A stretch of 64,000 nucleotides of DNA from an uncultured virus (IMG/VR IMGVR_UViG_3300037635_003078) (lineage: Duplodnaviria; Heunggongvirae; Uroviricota; Caudoviricetes): the IMG/VR virus record IMGVR_UViG_3300037635_003078. One strand, given 5' to 3'. The notes beneath the pieces were generated by a model that saw nothing but the letters and a program-made list of their open reading frames with translations, made no database searches and had not been told where the DNA came from. The translations under genes were made by a program, and so were the position numbers. Shown here piece after piece: positions 42,501-50,705 of this stretch (the first letter of the stretch is position 1; each line of letters begins with the position of its first letter).

Positions 42501-43002
42501 AGGCCCTAAAGGTGTTCAAGGTGGAGTAGGTGATGAAGGTGCAGTAGGTGAATCACCTAAAGGTCAAAAAGGTGAAACGGGTGCTCAAGGACCATCAGGT
42601 ATTTCAGGTGATAGTGGTGATAAAGGTATTCAAGGTTCTAAAGGTATTCAAGGTCCTAAAGGTATAAAAGGTATAATTGGATTATCACCTAAAGGTCAAA
42701 AAGGTGAAACTGGCGGTCAAGGTCCTAAAGGTGTTCAAGGTCATAAAGGTGCTCAAGGTCCTAAAGGTATACAAGGCAATACTGGTGGTGAGGGTCAAAA
42801 AGGCCAGACTGGCGCTTCACCACTTGGTGAAACTGGTTCTAAAGGTCAACAAGGTGGTGTTGGTGATAAAGGTAACCAGTTATCGGGTGGATATTTTGAA
42901 TGGGATGAGTCTTTAGATAAGTTGGTATTCAAAGAATATGGTTATTCAAGTGGTGACCCTCTTTATGTAGTAGAAACTTACTTCAGTGGTTCATCTTATT
43001 AA
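39520..43002 (+). CDS. Collagen-like fibre protein 2 with N-terminal Hint domain and periodic G-x-S-P-x-G interruptions
   Basis: aa 1-155 Hint-like (INTLQSGSSV ... IAIEDIDVYLADGYIVHN|P); 4-Cys domain; about 880 aa collagen; C-terminal domain similar to collagen 1. Confidence 0.88.
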   Translation: MAGLNTQLVRLPNSSSVTINTLQSGSSVSGVVLPGLGLNEQDFRNWSSTDISSTSLGVASVVFEATHSGSVIEFNSGDLTVSQHQKILIKDSSGSYYFTPANTVNLNSDYLVKYTDSGIVEELITSAYEIQNQSIHTIAIEDIDVYLADGYIVHNPPGYNIFSCDPATGYMYYGDRFMLDVDPGPNSLLCYEAVFDEVGTIPDRAPDNCVFTGNPVEEASFGIVLAEQCGDSPFGDTDTSPGPAGLAGQKGQKGNDNKGYKGSTGGQGPNGLEGAKGSTGAQGPTGGQGPTGPQGASGSTGPQGPKGSAGPSPGGDQGATGPTGPQGNSGNQGPKGVQGPQGAVGPSPAGQKGATGPQGAQGPSGGVGDVGAAGSKGVQGPQGDEGAVGASPKGAAGQKGATGSTGPKGVQGPKGVQGPKGVQGPKGVNGPSPAGQKGATGSKGDTGPQGPKGIQGPKGVQGPQGDEGAVGASPKGQKGETGATGSKGDTGPQGNSGNQGPKGVQGPQGAVGPSPAGQKGATGPQGAEGPSGANGDKGVQGPKGVQGGVGDEGAVGASPKGAAGQKGATGSTGPKGVQGPKGVQGPKGVQGPKGKNGASPAGQKGATGPKGDTGPQGPKGIQGPKGVQGPQGDEGAVGASPKGQKGETGATGSKGDTGPQGNSGNQGPKGVQGPQGAVGPSPAGQKGATGPQGAEGPSGANGDKGVQGPKGVQGGVGDEGAVGASPKGAAGQKGATGLQGPVGGQGEDGVQGPKGVQGPKGVNGPSPAGQKGATGPKGDTGPQGPLGDQGPKGITGPQGSSAPGQKGATGPKGDTGPQGPKGVQGPKGVQGGVGDEGAVGESPKGQKGETGAQGPSGISGDSGNKGIQGSKGVQGPKGIKGIIGLSPKGQKGETGGQGPKGVQGPKGVQGPKGVQGGVGDEGAVGESPKGQKGETGAQGPSGISGDSGDKGVQGSKGIQGPKGIKGIIGLSPKGQKGETGGQGPKGVQGPKGVQGPKGVQGGVGDEGAVGESPKGQKGETGAQGPSGISGDSGDKGIQGSKGIQGPKGIKGIIGLSPKGQKGETGGQGPKGVQGHKGAQGPKGIQGNTGGEGQKGQTGASPLGETGSKGQQGGVGDKGNQLSGGYFEWDESLDKLVFKEYGYSSGDPLYVVETYFSGSSY
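40490..41900 (+). repeat. 501-nt (167 aa) tandem repeat, about 3 copies; boundaries approximate
   Basis: Identical off-frame ORFs at 40931 and 41432 in the ORF track are 501 nt apart. Confidence 0.88.
41980..42740 (+). repeat. 255-nt (85 aa) tandem repeat, 3 copies; boundaries approximate
   Basis: GGTGAAACGGGTGCTCAAGGACCATC at 42061, 42316, 42571. Confidence 0.9.
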
Positions 43003-43037
43003 ATAAATTTTCATATTTATAGTAAATAAGTTTAGTT

Positions 43038-43637
43038 ATGGAAAAGAATTTTAATTTTAGTGATAGTTCACGTAGCTTTGTAGACTACTCAAATTACTAC
43101 TGGTTTAAAGATGGGTTTACTACTACCGAACTCGTTGATATAGAATCCCTCACAACTAATTTGGATTGGGTAGACGCTCAAACTGGTCAAGATGTTAAAT
43201 CCAAAATCACCGATTATAGAAAATCAAAAATTAAATGGTGTCCACAATCAGACGAGTGGTATTGGGTATACGAAAAGTTGTCTGATATGATTAAGACCGC
43301 TAATAAAACCATGTGGGACTTTGAATTAACTCAAATGAGAGAGCAAATTCAATATACCGAATATTATAGTGGTGGTGGTCAGTACGACTGGCATATGGAT
43401 TGTGGTATTGGTATACAAAACCAACGGAAGGTCTCAGTAACTGTTCAATTATCCGACCCATCTGAATATGAGGGTGGTGATTTACAATTTAATATTGGTG
43501 GTAGTTGGATTACAGCACCACGTATAAAGGGAGCTGCTGTTATTTTTCCATCATTCTTTCTACACAGAGTAACACCTATAACTAAAGGTACACGAAAGTC
43601 CTTTGTATTGTGGGTGGGTGGTGAACCATTTAAATAA
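43038..43637 (+). CDS. 2OG-Fe(II) dioxygenase (prolyl-hydroxylase/PKHD-like)
   Basis: YDWHMD, RKVSVTVQLS, YEGGDL, FPSFFLHRVTP, GTRKSFV. Confidence 0.92.
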   Translation: MEKNFNFSDSSRSFVDYSNYYWFKDGFTTTELVDIESLTTNLDWVDAQTGQDVKSKITDYRKSKIKWCPQSDEWYWVYEKLSDMIKTANKTMWDFELTQMREQIQYTEYYSGGGQYDWHMDCGIGIQNQRKVSVTVQLSDPSEYEGGDLQFNIGGSWITAPRIKGAAVIFPSFFLHRVTPITKGTRKSFVLWVGGEPFK

Positions 43638-43644
43638 ATAAAAT

Positions 43645-45339
43645 ATGAAGGTATTATTTGTATCAGGTTATCAAAAATCTAAATGGTCATTAGATACTTG
43701 GATTAACGAAGGTGCTGGTGGCACTGAGTATATGGTACTCAAATTAGCACACTTCTTCAAGTTAAACGGCCATGACGTTGTAGTTACTGGTGAAGTTGAC
43801 ACGGCCAACATCGATGGTGTTGACTATGTAGATTACGAGATACTTTCCAAAAAATATAAAAATAATAAATTTGATATTGTAATATGTACTAACTATATTC
43901 ATTATATATTAGAGTTAGCTGAACATAATATTACATACGACAAATCTTACTTTTGGATTCATAATAATGAATACTATCCGTGGTGGAATGGTATGACATT
44001 AGACAACGATGGTTATGATTTCTTCTTAGATGATAGAATGACCAATATCGTATTGGTATCGAATTACCAAAAGGAAATATTCTTAAAAAAATATCCTGAG
44101 TTAGAACACAAAGTCTTAGTAATCCCAAATGGTATAGACTTATCAGATTGGAGTGGTATATCTAACGAAAAGATACCAAATAGATTTATATACTCATCAG
44201 CTCCAGATAGAGGATTAAAAACCCTACTAAGAATGTGGCCGAAGATAAAGGCGTTGTACTCAGACGCTACATTGATAGTAACCTCACCACCATATGCACT
44301 TGAGTGGTATGATTCGTATAAAGATGATTTAGATGGTGTTACATTTTACGATGGGTTATCTCCAAAAAAATTATACAATGAGATTTCTAAATCCGAATAT
44401 TGGCTGTACCCATCCAAGTATGATGAGACATTTTGTATAACGGCATTAGAAATGATGCAAGGTGGTGTTAAGATATTAACAACTGATACTGGTAATCTTT
44501 TATCACTAATACAGGGGTGTGGTATAATCGAACCATCATCTAAAAAAGATAGTGATTTAGAAAGTTCACTTATACAACAAATTGGTAGGTTGAAAAATTC
44601 ACCATCACTATCTTCTAAAATATTAGATAATTCTAAAAATAAAGTAAAGCAATTTGACTTTCCAAAGATATATAAGAAATGGATAGATACAATAGAGTTT
44701 AAAGTTATGCCTGATAAACTACATCCAGAATTGTATACATATTATGATAACGCTCATTCTTGGAAAGAACGATTCATAACATACTCAGCTAAAACTAAAG
44801 AATGGGATTTGATTGTAGATGAACCATTTACAAATACATTCTCATTTCCATTATTTACTCCTGAGTTTTGTAAAATGATTAGGGAAGAAGCTGAGTATGC
44901 AGATGCTTGGACAGTTGATAGGCATGAAAATTATCCAACCACTGATATGATATTAGAAACTATTGGAATGCAGGACATTTATATGGATGTTCTAAAAGAG
45001 TATGTCATGCCACTTTCGATTCATATGTGGGAATTGGAAGGTAAGGGTTGGGATAACCTAACATCAGAAAACTTTTTAGCCAGATACACGCCAAATGCTC
45101 AAGGTCATTTATCAATACACCATGATATGTCTGACATTACGTGTTTAGTACAATTATCAAACCTCACTGAATATGAGGGTGGTGGTACATGGTTCAGACG
45201 ACAAAAACAATTATTAAAAAATGATATAGGGTATGTAACTTTACATCCTGGAAATATAACCCATAAACATGGGGCAAGAGCGGTATCGTCAGGTAAAAGA
45301 TATATCATAGTTTCCTTTATGAGAAATACGGAAAGATAA
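43645..45339 (+). CDS. GT-B (GT4-like) glycosyltransferase fused to a PLOD-like lysyl hydroxylase domain
   Basis: GGTE, IPNGID, YSSAPDRGL, YPS-x-YDETFCITALE; C-terminal FPLFTPEFC, ENYPTTD, NFLARY, HHD, YEGGG, LHPGNITHKHG, GKRYIIVSF. Confidence 0.88.
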   Translation: MKVLFVSGYQKSKWSLDTWINEGAGGTEYMVLKLAHFFKLNGHDVVVTGEVDTANIDGVDYVDYEILSKKYKNNKFDIVICTNYIHYILELAEHNITYDKSYFWIHNNEYYPWWNGMTLDNDGYDFFLDDRMTNIVLVSNYQKEIFLKKYPELEHKVLVIPNGIDLSDWSGISNEKIPNRFIYSSAPDRGLKTLLRMWPKIKALYSDATLIVTSPPYALEWYDSYKDDLDGVTFYDGLSPKKLYNEISKSEYWLYPSKYDETFCITALEMMQGGVKILTTDTGNLLSLIQGCGIIEPSSKKDSDLESSLIQQIGRLKNSPSLSSKILDNSKNKVKQFDFPKIYKKWIDTIEFKVMPDKLHPELYTYYDNAHSWKERFITYSAKTKEWDLIVDEPFTNTFSFPLFTPEFCKMIREEAEYADAWTVDRHENYPTTDMILETIGMQDIYMDVLKEYVMPLSIHMWELEGKGWDNLTSENFLARYTPNAQGHLSIHHDMSDITCLVQLSNLTEYEGGGTWFRRQKQLLKNDIGYVTLHPGNITHKHGARAVSSGKRYIIVSFMRNTER

Positions 45340-45384
45340 CCTACATACTATTTATATAATGACTAATAGTATTTAGGAGCATAA

Positions 45385-46548
45385 ATGTCAGTAAACATTC
45401 CAATTTGGCCAGGTTCAGGCTCATTCGCAAGTGGTTCATCAACTCCATTTGGGTATTTTGATAGTGATACACAATTCCAATCAGATGCCCCCAAAGTGGC
45501 TGAGTGGTGTGCTAAACGTTTGGGTTACCCTATAATCGATATTGAATTACAAGATATCAATATGTTCGCTTGCCTCGAAGAAGCTGTAAGTGAGTATTCA
45601 TCTCAAGTAAACCAATATAGAGCAAAAGAGAATATGTTATCTATTCAAGGTTCTGACTTGGATTTGGATTTGACAAATACAAATATGAACGCTAATATGC
45701 AAAACTTAGTAAATATTGCTAAGGATTATGGTACTGAGGCACTTAGTGGTGGTAAAGTAACAGTATATACTGGTTCATTTGAAATGGTTGCAGGTCAACA
45801 AATTTATGACCTTGGTGATGATAATAACGTAAACTTAGAAAATGGTGTAATTGCAAATGGTGTAACGCTTCGTAGAGTATACCACACACAACCACCAGCA
45901 ATCATTAGATACTTTGACCCATTCGTAGGTACTGGTATGGGTTCACAACAAATGATGGAAACCTTTGGGTGGGGTAACTACTCGCCAGGTGTTTCTTTTA
46001 TGATGCAACCAATGTTTGATGACCTTTTAAGACTTCAAGCAATAGAATTCAACGATAAGATTCGTAAATCATCATATGGATTCCATGTTGATGGTCAGAG
46101 AATTAGACTATATCCAATTCCAAGTGGTGGTGATACTGGCGCTAAGGTGTATTTTGATTATACATTAGATAGTGAGGTAAATTCACCAATAGCAAACTCA
46201 AACGTAGTGAGTGATTTGTCTAACGCTCCATTTGGAAGATTAGTATACTCAAATATCAATTCATCAGGTAAACAATGGATTGCTAGATACTCATTAGCAT
46301 TGGCTAAAGAGATGTTAGGTGCAGTTCGTTCTAAGTTTTCTTCTATACCAATACCGGGTGCTGATGTAACACTTGATGGGTCTGACCTTCGTAACGAAGC
46401 ATCTGCTGAAAAAGAAGCATTGATGACTCAATTGACTGAAATGTTGGAATCAACATCTCGTAGAGCATTGATGGAAGCGAGAAAAGAAGAATCGGAGTAT
46501 TTAGAAGAAACTCTAAATAGAGTACCAAGACCAATTTTTATAGGATAA
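45385..46548 (+). CDS. Neck / head-completion protein (T4 gp13-like)
   Basis: RLGYPIIDIEL; WIARYSLALAKEMLG...KF...IPG..VTLDG. Confidence 0.82.
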   Translation: MSVNIPIWPGSGSFASGSSTPFGYFDSDTQFQSDAPKVAEWCAKRLGYPIIDIELQDINMFACLEEAVSEYSSQVNQYRAKENMLSIQGSDLDLDLTNTNMNANMQNLVNIAKDYGTEALSGGKVTVYTGSFEMVAGQQIYDLGDDNNVNLENGVIANGVTLRRVYHTQPPAIIRYFDPFVGTGMGSQQMMETFGWGNYSPGVSFMMQPMFDDLLRLQAIEFNDKIRKSSYGFHVDGQRIRLYPIPSGGDTGAKVYFDYTLDSEVNSPIANSNVVSDLSNAPFGRLVYSNINSSGKQWIARYSLALAKEMLGAVRSKFSSIPIPGADVTLDGSDLRNEASAEKEALMTQLTEMLESTSRRALMEARKEESEYLEETLNRVPRPIFIG

Positions 46549-46552
46549 CCAA

Positions 46553-47080
46553 ATGGCACTATTCGGTGGACAACGAGATATGGCTCTATTCAATAAAGTG
46601 AATAAAGAACTTATCAACGACATTATTGATACTGAAATCTACTATTACCAAGTAGCCTTGACTGATACAAAGTCAAATCTATATGGTGAGGGTAAAGATA
46701 AGGTATTCAATCAGCCGATTAAAATACCATCTATTATTGAGAGGGGTCAGTCAAGTCAAATATCCGATGATTTCGGCCAATCATACTCACGTGAAGTTCA
46801 GTTTAGATTTCTTCGTGATACTTTGGTTGAAAAAGCACTTGTGCCAGAGGTTGGTGACGTTATTGAGTGGAATGGTGAGTATCATTTAATCGATGCCCAA
46901 TATTCGTATCAATATGTTGCTGGTAAAAACCCACAAACATGGGATGGCGGTGATTCACAAGGTCTTAATGTATCCATTATATGTGATACACACGTTACAC
47001 GTCAAACTTCTATCAAATTGGTAGATACTTATAAAGGTAATTCACGACAAAATGATAATGAAGTTCCATTAGGATTGTAA
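46553..47080 (+). CDS. Neck / head-closure protein (T4 gp14-like)
   Basis: NLYGE and PEVGDVI motifs; position after gp13-like gene. Confidence 0.65.
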   Translation: MALFGGQRDMALFNKVNKELINDIIDTEIYYYQVALTDTKSNLYGEGKDKVFNQPIKIPSIIERGQSSQISDDFGQSYSREVQFRFLRDTLVEKALVPEVGDVIEWNGEYHLIDAQYSYQYVAGKNPQTWDGGDSQGLNVSIICDTHVTRQTSIKLVDTYKGNSRQNDNEVPLGL

Positions 47081-47081
47081 A

Positions 47082-47918
47082 ATGGCTCAAAAGTATAGAA
47101 ACGAAGACAAATCTAAACCAAACCTTACTCAAACACAATCTTCAACATCAGAAGATGTGAAATTGAATAAGGCAAATCAGATACGTAGGGACCAAGACAA
47201 CGTAAAAAACGTTTCTGTTGGTATTTACGATGTTGATACTGCATTTAAGAACTTTTTAGAGGTAGATATTAAACCTACTGTTGAAGATGATGGTAGATTT
47301 TATCCCGTACCTGTAATGTATGCTTCTCCTGAGAAGTGGGCAAGTTCACAACGTGATGGTTTTATGAAAGACGATAACGGAATGTTATTAACACCTGTTA
47401 TATCGTTCAAACGAAATAATCTTTCAATAAACACCGATTTAGCTAAATTAAAAGTAGCACAAAACGAAGATGCTCATCAAATGTTCGAGAGAACGTATAG
47501 TAAGACCAATAGATACGACCAATTCTCAATATTAACTGGTCAATCTCCTAAAAAAGAATATATGTCGGTTGAAAGACCTGATTATGTAAATTTAGAGTAT
47601 GAAGTAGTTGTATGGTGTGATTATATGGAACAAGTCAATAAGATTGTTGAACAAATCGTATTTTTCCAAGGACGTTCCTTTGGTGATAGATATAAATTCC
47701 AAATAAAAGGTGAGTCGTATTCATTTGAAACCATATCTGAAATGGGACAAGATAGAATTACACGTGCCAATATCAGTCTTACAGCGAAAGCGTATATAAT
47801 GCCGGAATATGCCGGAATTTCAAATAATACTAAACGTAAGATATCGATAGGTAAGGTTTTGTGGAATACTAATATAACTGGTGAAAATGATTCTACAATA
47901 CCGAGTGGTAATCAATAA
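47082..47918 (+). CDS. Tail terminator / sheath stabiliser (T4 gp15-like)
   Basis: VPVMYASPEKW, P-x-ISF, EQVNKIVEQI. Confidence 0.7.
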   Translation: MAQKYRNEDKSKPNLTQTQSSTSEDVKLNKANQIRRDQDNVKNVSVGIYDVDTAFKNFLEVDIKPTVEDDGRFYPVPVMYASPEKWASSQRDGFMKDDNGMLLTPVISFKRNNLSINTDLAKLKVAQNEDAHQMFERTYSKTNRYDQFSILTGQSPKKEYMSVERPDYVNLEYEVVVWCDYMEQVNKIVEQIVFFQGRSFGDRYKFQIKGESYSFETISEMGQDRITRANISLTAKAYIMPEYAGISNNTKRKISIGKVLWNTNITGENDSTIPSGNQ

Positions 47919-47957
47919 TTTTTACATATTTATATAATACAACAAATATAACAAGTT

Positions 47958-48239
47958 ATGGAAGAAAAGCAAATTATTAAATTTACTGAAGACGAAGTAA
48001 GTAAAATTCAAACATTACAACAAAAAGTATTAACTATTAATACAAGAGTTGGTGAGGTTGAGATAGAAATAAATGGGTTAGAAACTGTATTTCAAGAGTT
48101 AAAACAACAAAAACAATCTCTTATATCTGAATATAAGCAATTAGGTACTCAAGAAACGGAACTAGCAGTTGAATTAAAAGAGAAATATGGTGAGGGGACT
48201 TATGATATTTCCAAAAATGAGTTCACGCCTACAAAATAA
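47958..48239 (+). CDS. Small coiled-coil hypothetical protein
   Basis: 93 aa heptad pattern ending KYGEGTYDI; own late motif. Confidence 0.7.
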   Translation: MEEKQIIKFTEDEVSKIQTLQQKVLTINTRVGEVEIEINGLETVFQELKQQKQSLISEYKQLGTQETELAVELKEKYGEGTYDISKNEFTPTK

Positions 48240-48309
48240 GTAGTCGTTTAGTTATTTTTTAATGTATTTATAATAAGGAAAACCGAAATTTATATTTTAG
48301 GAGAAGAAA

Positions 48310-50658
48310 ATGGCTGAAAGAATTGTAAGTCCTGGAGTTTTTACAAGAGAAAAAGACCTCTCATTTTTACCACAAGGTATTGGTGAGATAGGTGCGGCAC
48401 TTATCGGACAATCGATAAAGGGCCCTGCTTTCGTACCAACGAAAGTAGAATCATTTCAAGAATTCCAACAAAAATTTGGTGGTCTTACTGAGGATTCATA
48501 TCTTCCGTATACCGCTCAATCGTATTTAGAAGAAGCAGGTACTGCAACTATCGTAAGAGTATTAGGTAAAGATGGATATACCGCAAAACCAATCGCATTG
48601 GTAGTATCTTCATCAGCTGGTCAAAAGGTAGGTGCTTTACTACATCCGACTACTACTTTAGGTAGTGGTGATTTTGACGACAGTATCATTACCGGTGTTA
48701 GTGCTTCTGCATTCTTACTAACCCTAAGTGGTAGTTCAGTAACAAGTGGTAGTGATGATGTAAATGTTAATTCAGCATCACTTGACCCGGCAGACGAAAA
48801 CTATATTACTAAGTTATATGGTTACTCTCCTAAGTCATCTAAAGATGCTTACACTCAATTAAACTTCTCAACATTCCAAGCAGAATCGCTTGCTAAAGAT
48901 GGTGAAGTACCAACCGTATCACTTGTTAAAGTGGACGTTGACTATACTAACGCATATTCTGAAGCATCTACTCCATGGATTAAATCACAAAAGGTAGCAG
49001 GAACTGCTGCTAACTTGATTAAATTCCATACATTATCTCATGGTAACTCTACTAACTACGAATTCAAAGTAGGTATTAGTAATATCAAACTTGCATCTGA
49101 GGTGCCAGGTTCTGAATATGGTACATTTAGTGTTGTAGTACGTAGAGTAGACACTGGAAAGATTCCTAATTCAATTTTCGGCCAAAGTGTTCAAGATTCT
49201 GATACAAGACCAAATATTATAGAAGAATTTCAAGGTGTAAATCTTGACCCTAACTCACCAAACTACATCAAGAGAGTAATTGGTGACAAATACATTACAG
49301 TTGATGATAATGGTAAATTAACTTCAAATGGTGATTATCCTAACGCATCCGCTCATATTAGAGTATCAGTTTCATCTGATGTAGATGCTGGGTCAATCGA
49401 CTCAACACTTGTACCATTTGGATTTGGTAAATTAACGTCACCATTACACGAAACTTACGACCTACCTTCTCCAACTTATAATGTATCTCAGTCACTCGCT
49501 GGTGAATATAATAAGAGAGTATTTTTTGGTTATGATTTTGACTTTACGTCAACTGACAACTTAAACTTCCTACAACCACTTCCAGGTTCAAATGTTGAAA
49601 AAGTAGGTAATGACTTTGATTTGGCAGATTGTCACTCAAACGGGTCTACTATTACATTATCATCTGATATAGATGCTAAGAAGTTCTTAGTTCCATTCCA
49701 AGGTGGTTTCGATGGATTCGAACCAAATAGAGTGGTAAATGTAGGTAAGGATATTATTGCCGGTAACAACCAAGGTATGGATATGTCATCAGCTACCGCT
49801 GCTGGTACATTAGCATATAGAAAAGCTATCAACTCAATCTCTAATCCAGATGAGTTCGATATCAATATGGTAGTACTTCCAGGTGTAATCAATAGACTAC
49901 ACTCTTCAGTAACCACATTCGCTAAAGATATGTGTGAAGATAGATTAGATTGTTTCTACGTAATGGATGCTGGTGCATATCAAGATTCTATTGCAACTGT
50001 AAACAACTCACTTACTTCATTCGACTCAAACTATGTTGCTACTTATCACCCATGGGTTAAAATCCTTGATACTGATAAGAACAAGCCAGTATGGGTTCCG
50101 CCAAGTGTTGTTCTACCAGGCGTTATCGCATTCAATGACTCGGTTGCTGCTGAATGGTACGCTCCCGCTGGTTTGAATCGTGGTGGTCTTCCAAATGTAA
50201 TCGAAGTTAAGACACGTCTTACTCACGATGAGAGAGATACACTATATACGGCCCGTATTAACCCAATCGCTACGTTCCCTGGACAAGGTGCTACGGTATT
50301 CGGTCAAAAGACATTACAAGCTAAACCATCAGCATTGGATAGAATCAATGTAAGAAGATTGTTAATCGCAGTTAAGAAATACATCGCATCTTCAACAAGA
50401 TACTTGGTATTTGAAAATAACACCGCTGCAACAAGAAATAGATTCTTGTCAATCGTTAATCCTTACTTAGAATCAATTCAACAAAGACAAGGTTTATACA
50501 CATTTAAAGTGGTAATGGATGATTCCAACAACACTCCAGATGTGATTGATAGAAACATTATGGTAGGGGAAATTTACTTACAACCAACGAAGACTGCTGA
50601 ATTCATTGTTCTTGATTTCAACATACTTCCAACTGGCGCTGCATTCCCTGAGGCATAA
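48310..50658 (+). CDS. Tail sheath protein (T4 gp18-like)
   Basis: SPGVFTREKD, WYAPAGLNRG, INPI, GQKTLQ, DRINVRRLL, PTKTAEFI. Confidence 0.96.
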   Translation: MAERIVSPGVFTREKDLSFLPQGIGEIGAALIGQSIKGPAFVPTKVESFQEFQQKFGGLTEDSYLPYTAQSYLEEAGTATIVRVLGKDGYTAKPIALVVSSSAGQKVGALLHPTTTLGSGDFDDSIITGVSASAFLLTLSGSSVTSGSDDVNVNSASLDPADENYITKLYGYSPKSSKDAYTQLNFSTFQAESLAKDGEVPTVSLVKVDVDYTNAYSEASTPWIKSQKVAGTAANLIKFHTLSHGNSTNYEFKVGISNIKLASEVPGSEYGTFSVVVRRVDTGKIPNSIFGQSVQDSDTRPNIIEEFQGVNLDPNSPNYIKRVIGDKYITVDDNGKLTSNGDYPNASAHIRVSVSSDVDAGSIDSTLVPFGFGKLTSPLHETYDLPSPTYNVSQSLAGEYNKRVFFGYDFDFTSTDNLNFLQPLPGSNVEKVGNDFDLADCHSNGSTITLSSDIDAKKFLVPFQGGFDGFEPNRVVNVGKDIIAGNNQGMDMSSATAAGTLAYRKAINSISNPDEFDINMVVLPGVINRLHSSVTTFAKDMCEDRLDCFYVMDAGAYQDSIATVNNSLTSFDSNYVATYHPWVKILDTDKNKPVWVPPSVVLPGVIAFNDSVAAEWYAPAGLNRGGLPNVIEVKTRLTHDERDTLYTARINPIATFPGQGATVFGQKTLQAKPSALDRINVRRLLIAVKKYIASSTRYLVFENNTAATRNRFLSIVNPYLESIQQRQGLYTFKVVMDDSNNTPDVIDRNIMVGEIYLQPTKTAEFIVLDFNILPTGAAFPEA

Positions 50659-50705
50659 TTGTAGAATTAGACTATTTATTAGAAAGAGATAATAGGAGAT
50701 TATAA

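Noticed and set aside
36172..42880. CRISPR array or diversity-generating retroelement in the repeat region
   Set aside because: Repeats are in-frame coding units without unique spacers; no cas or reverse transcriptase gene and no adenine-specific variation noticed.
36470..42916. Off-frame ORFs (LAHKVLKV..., TLRA...) within the collagen genes
   Set aside because: By-products of Gly-X-Y codon periodicity; no independent start signals.
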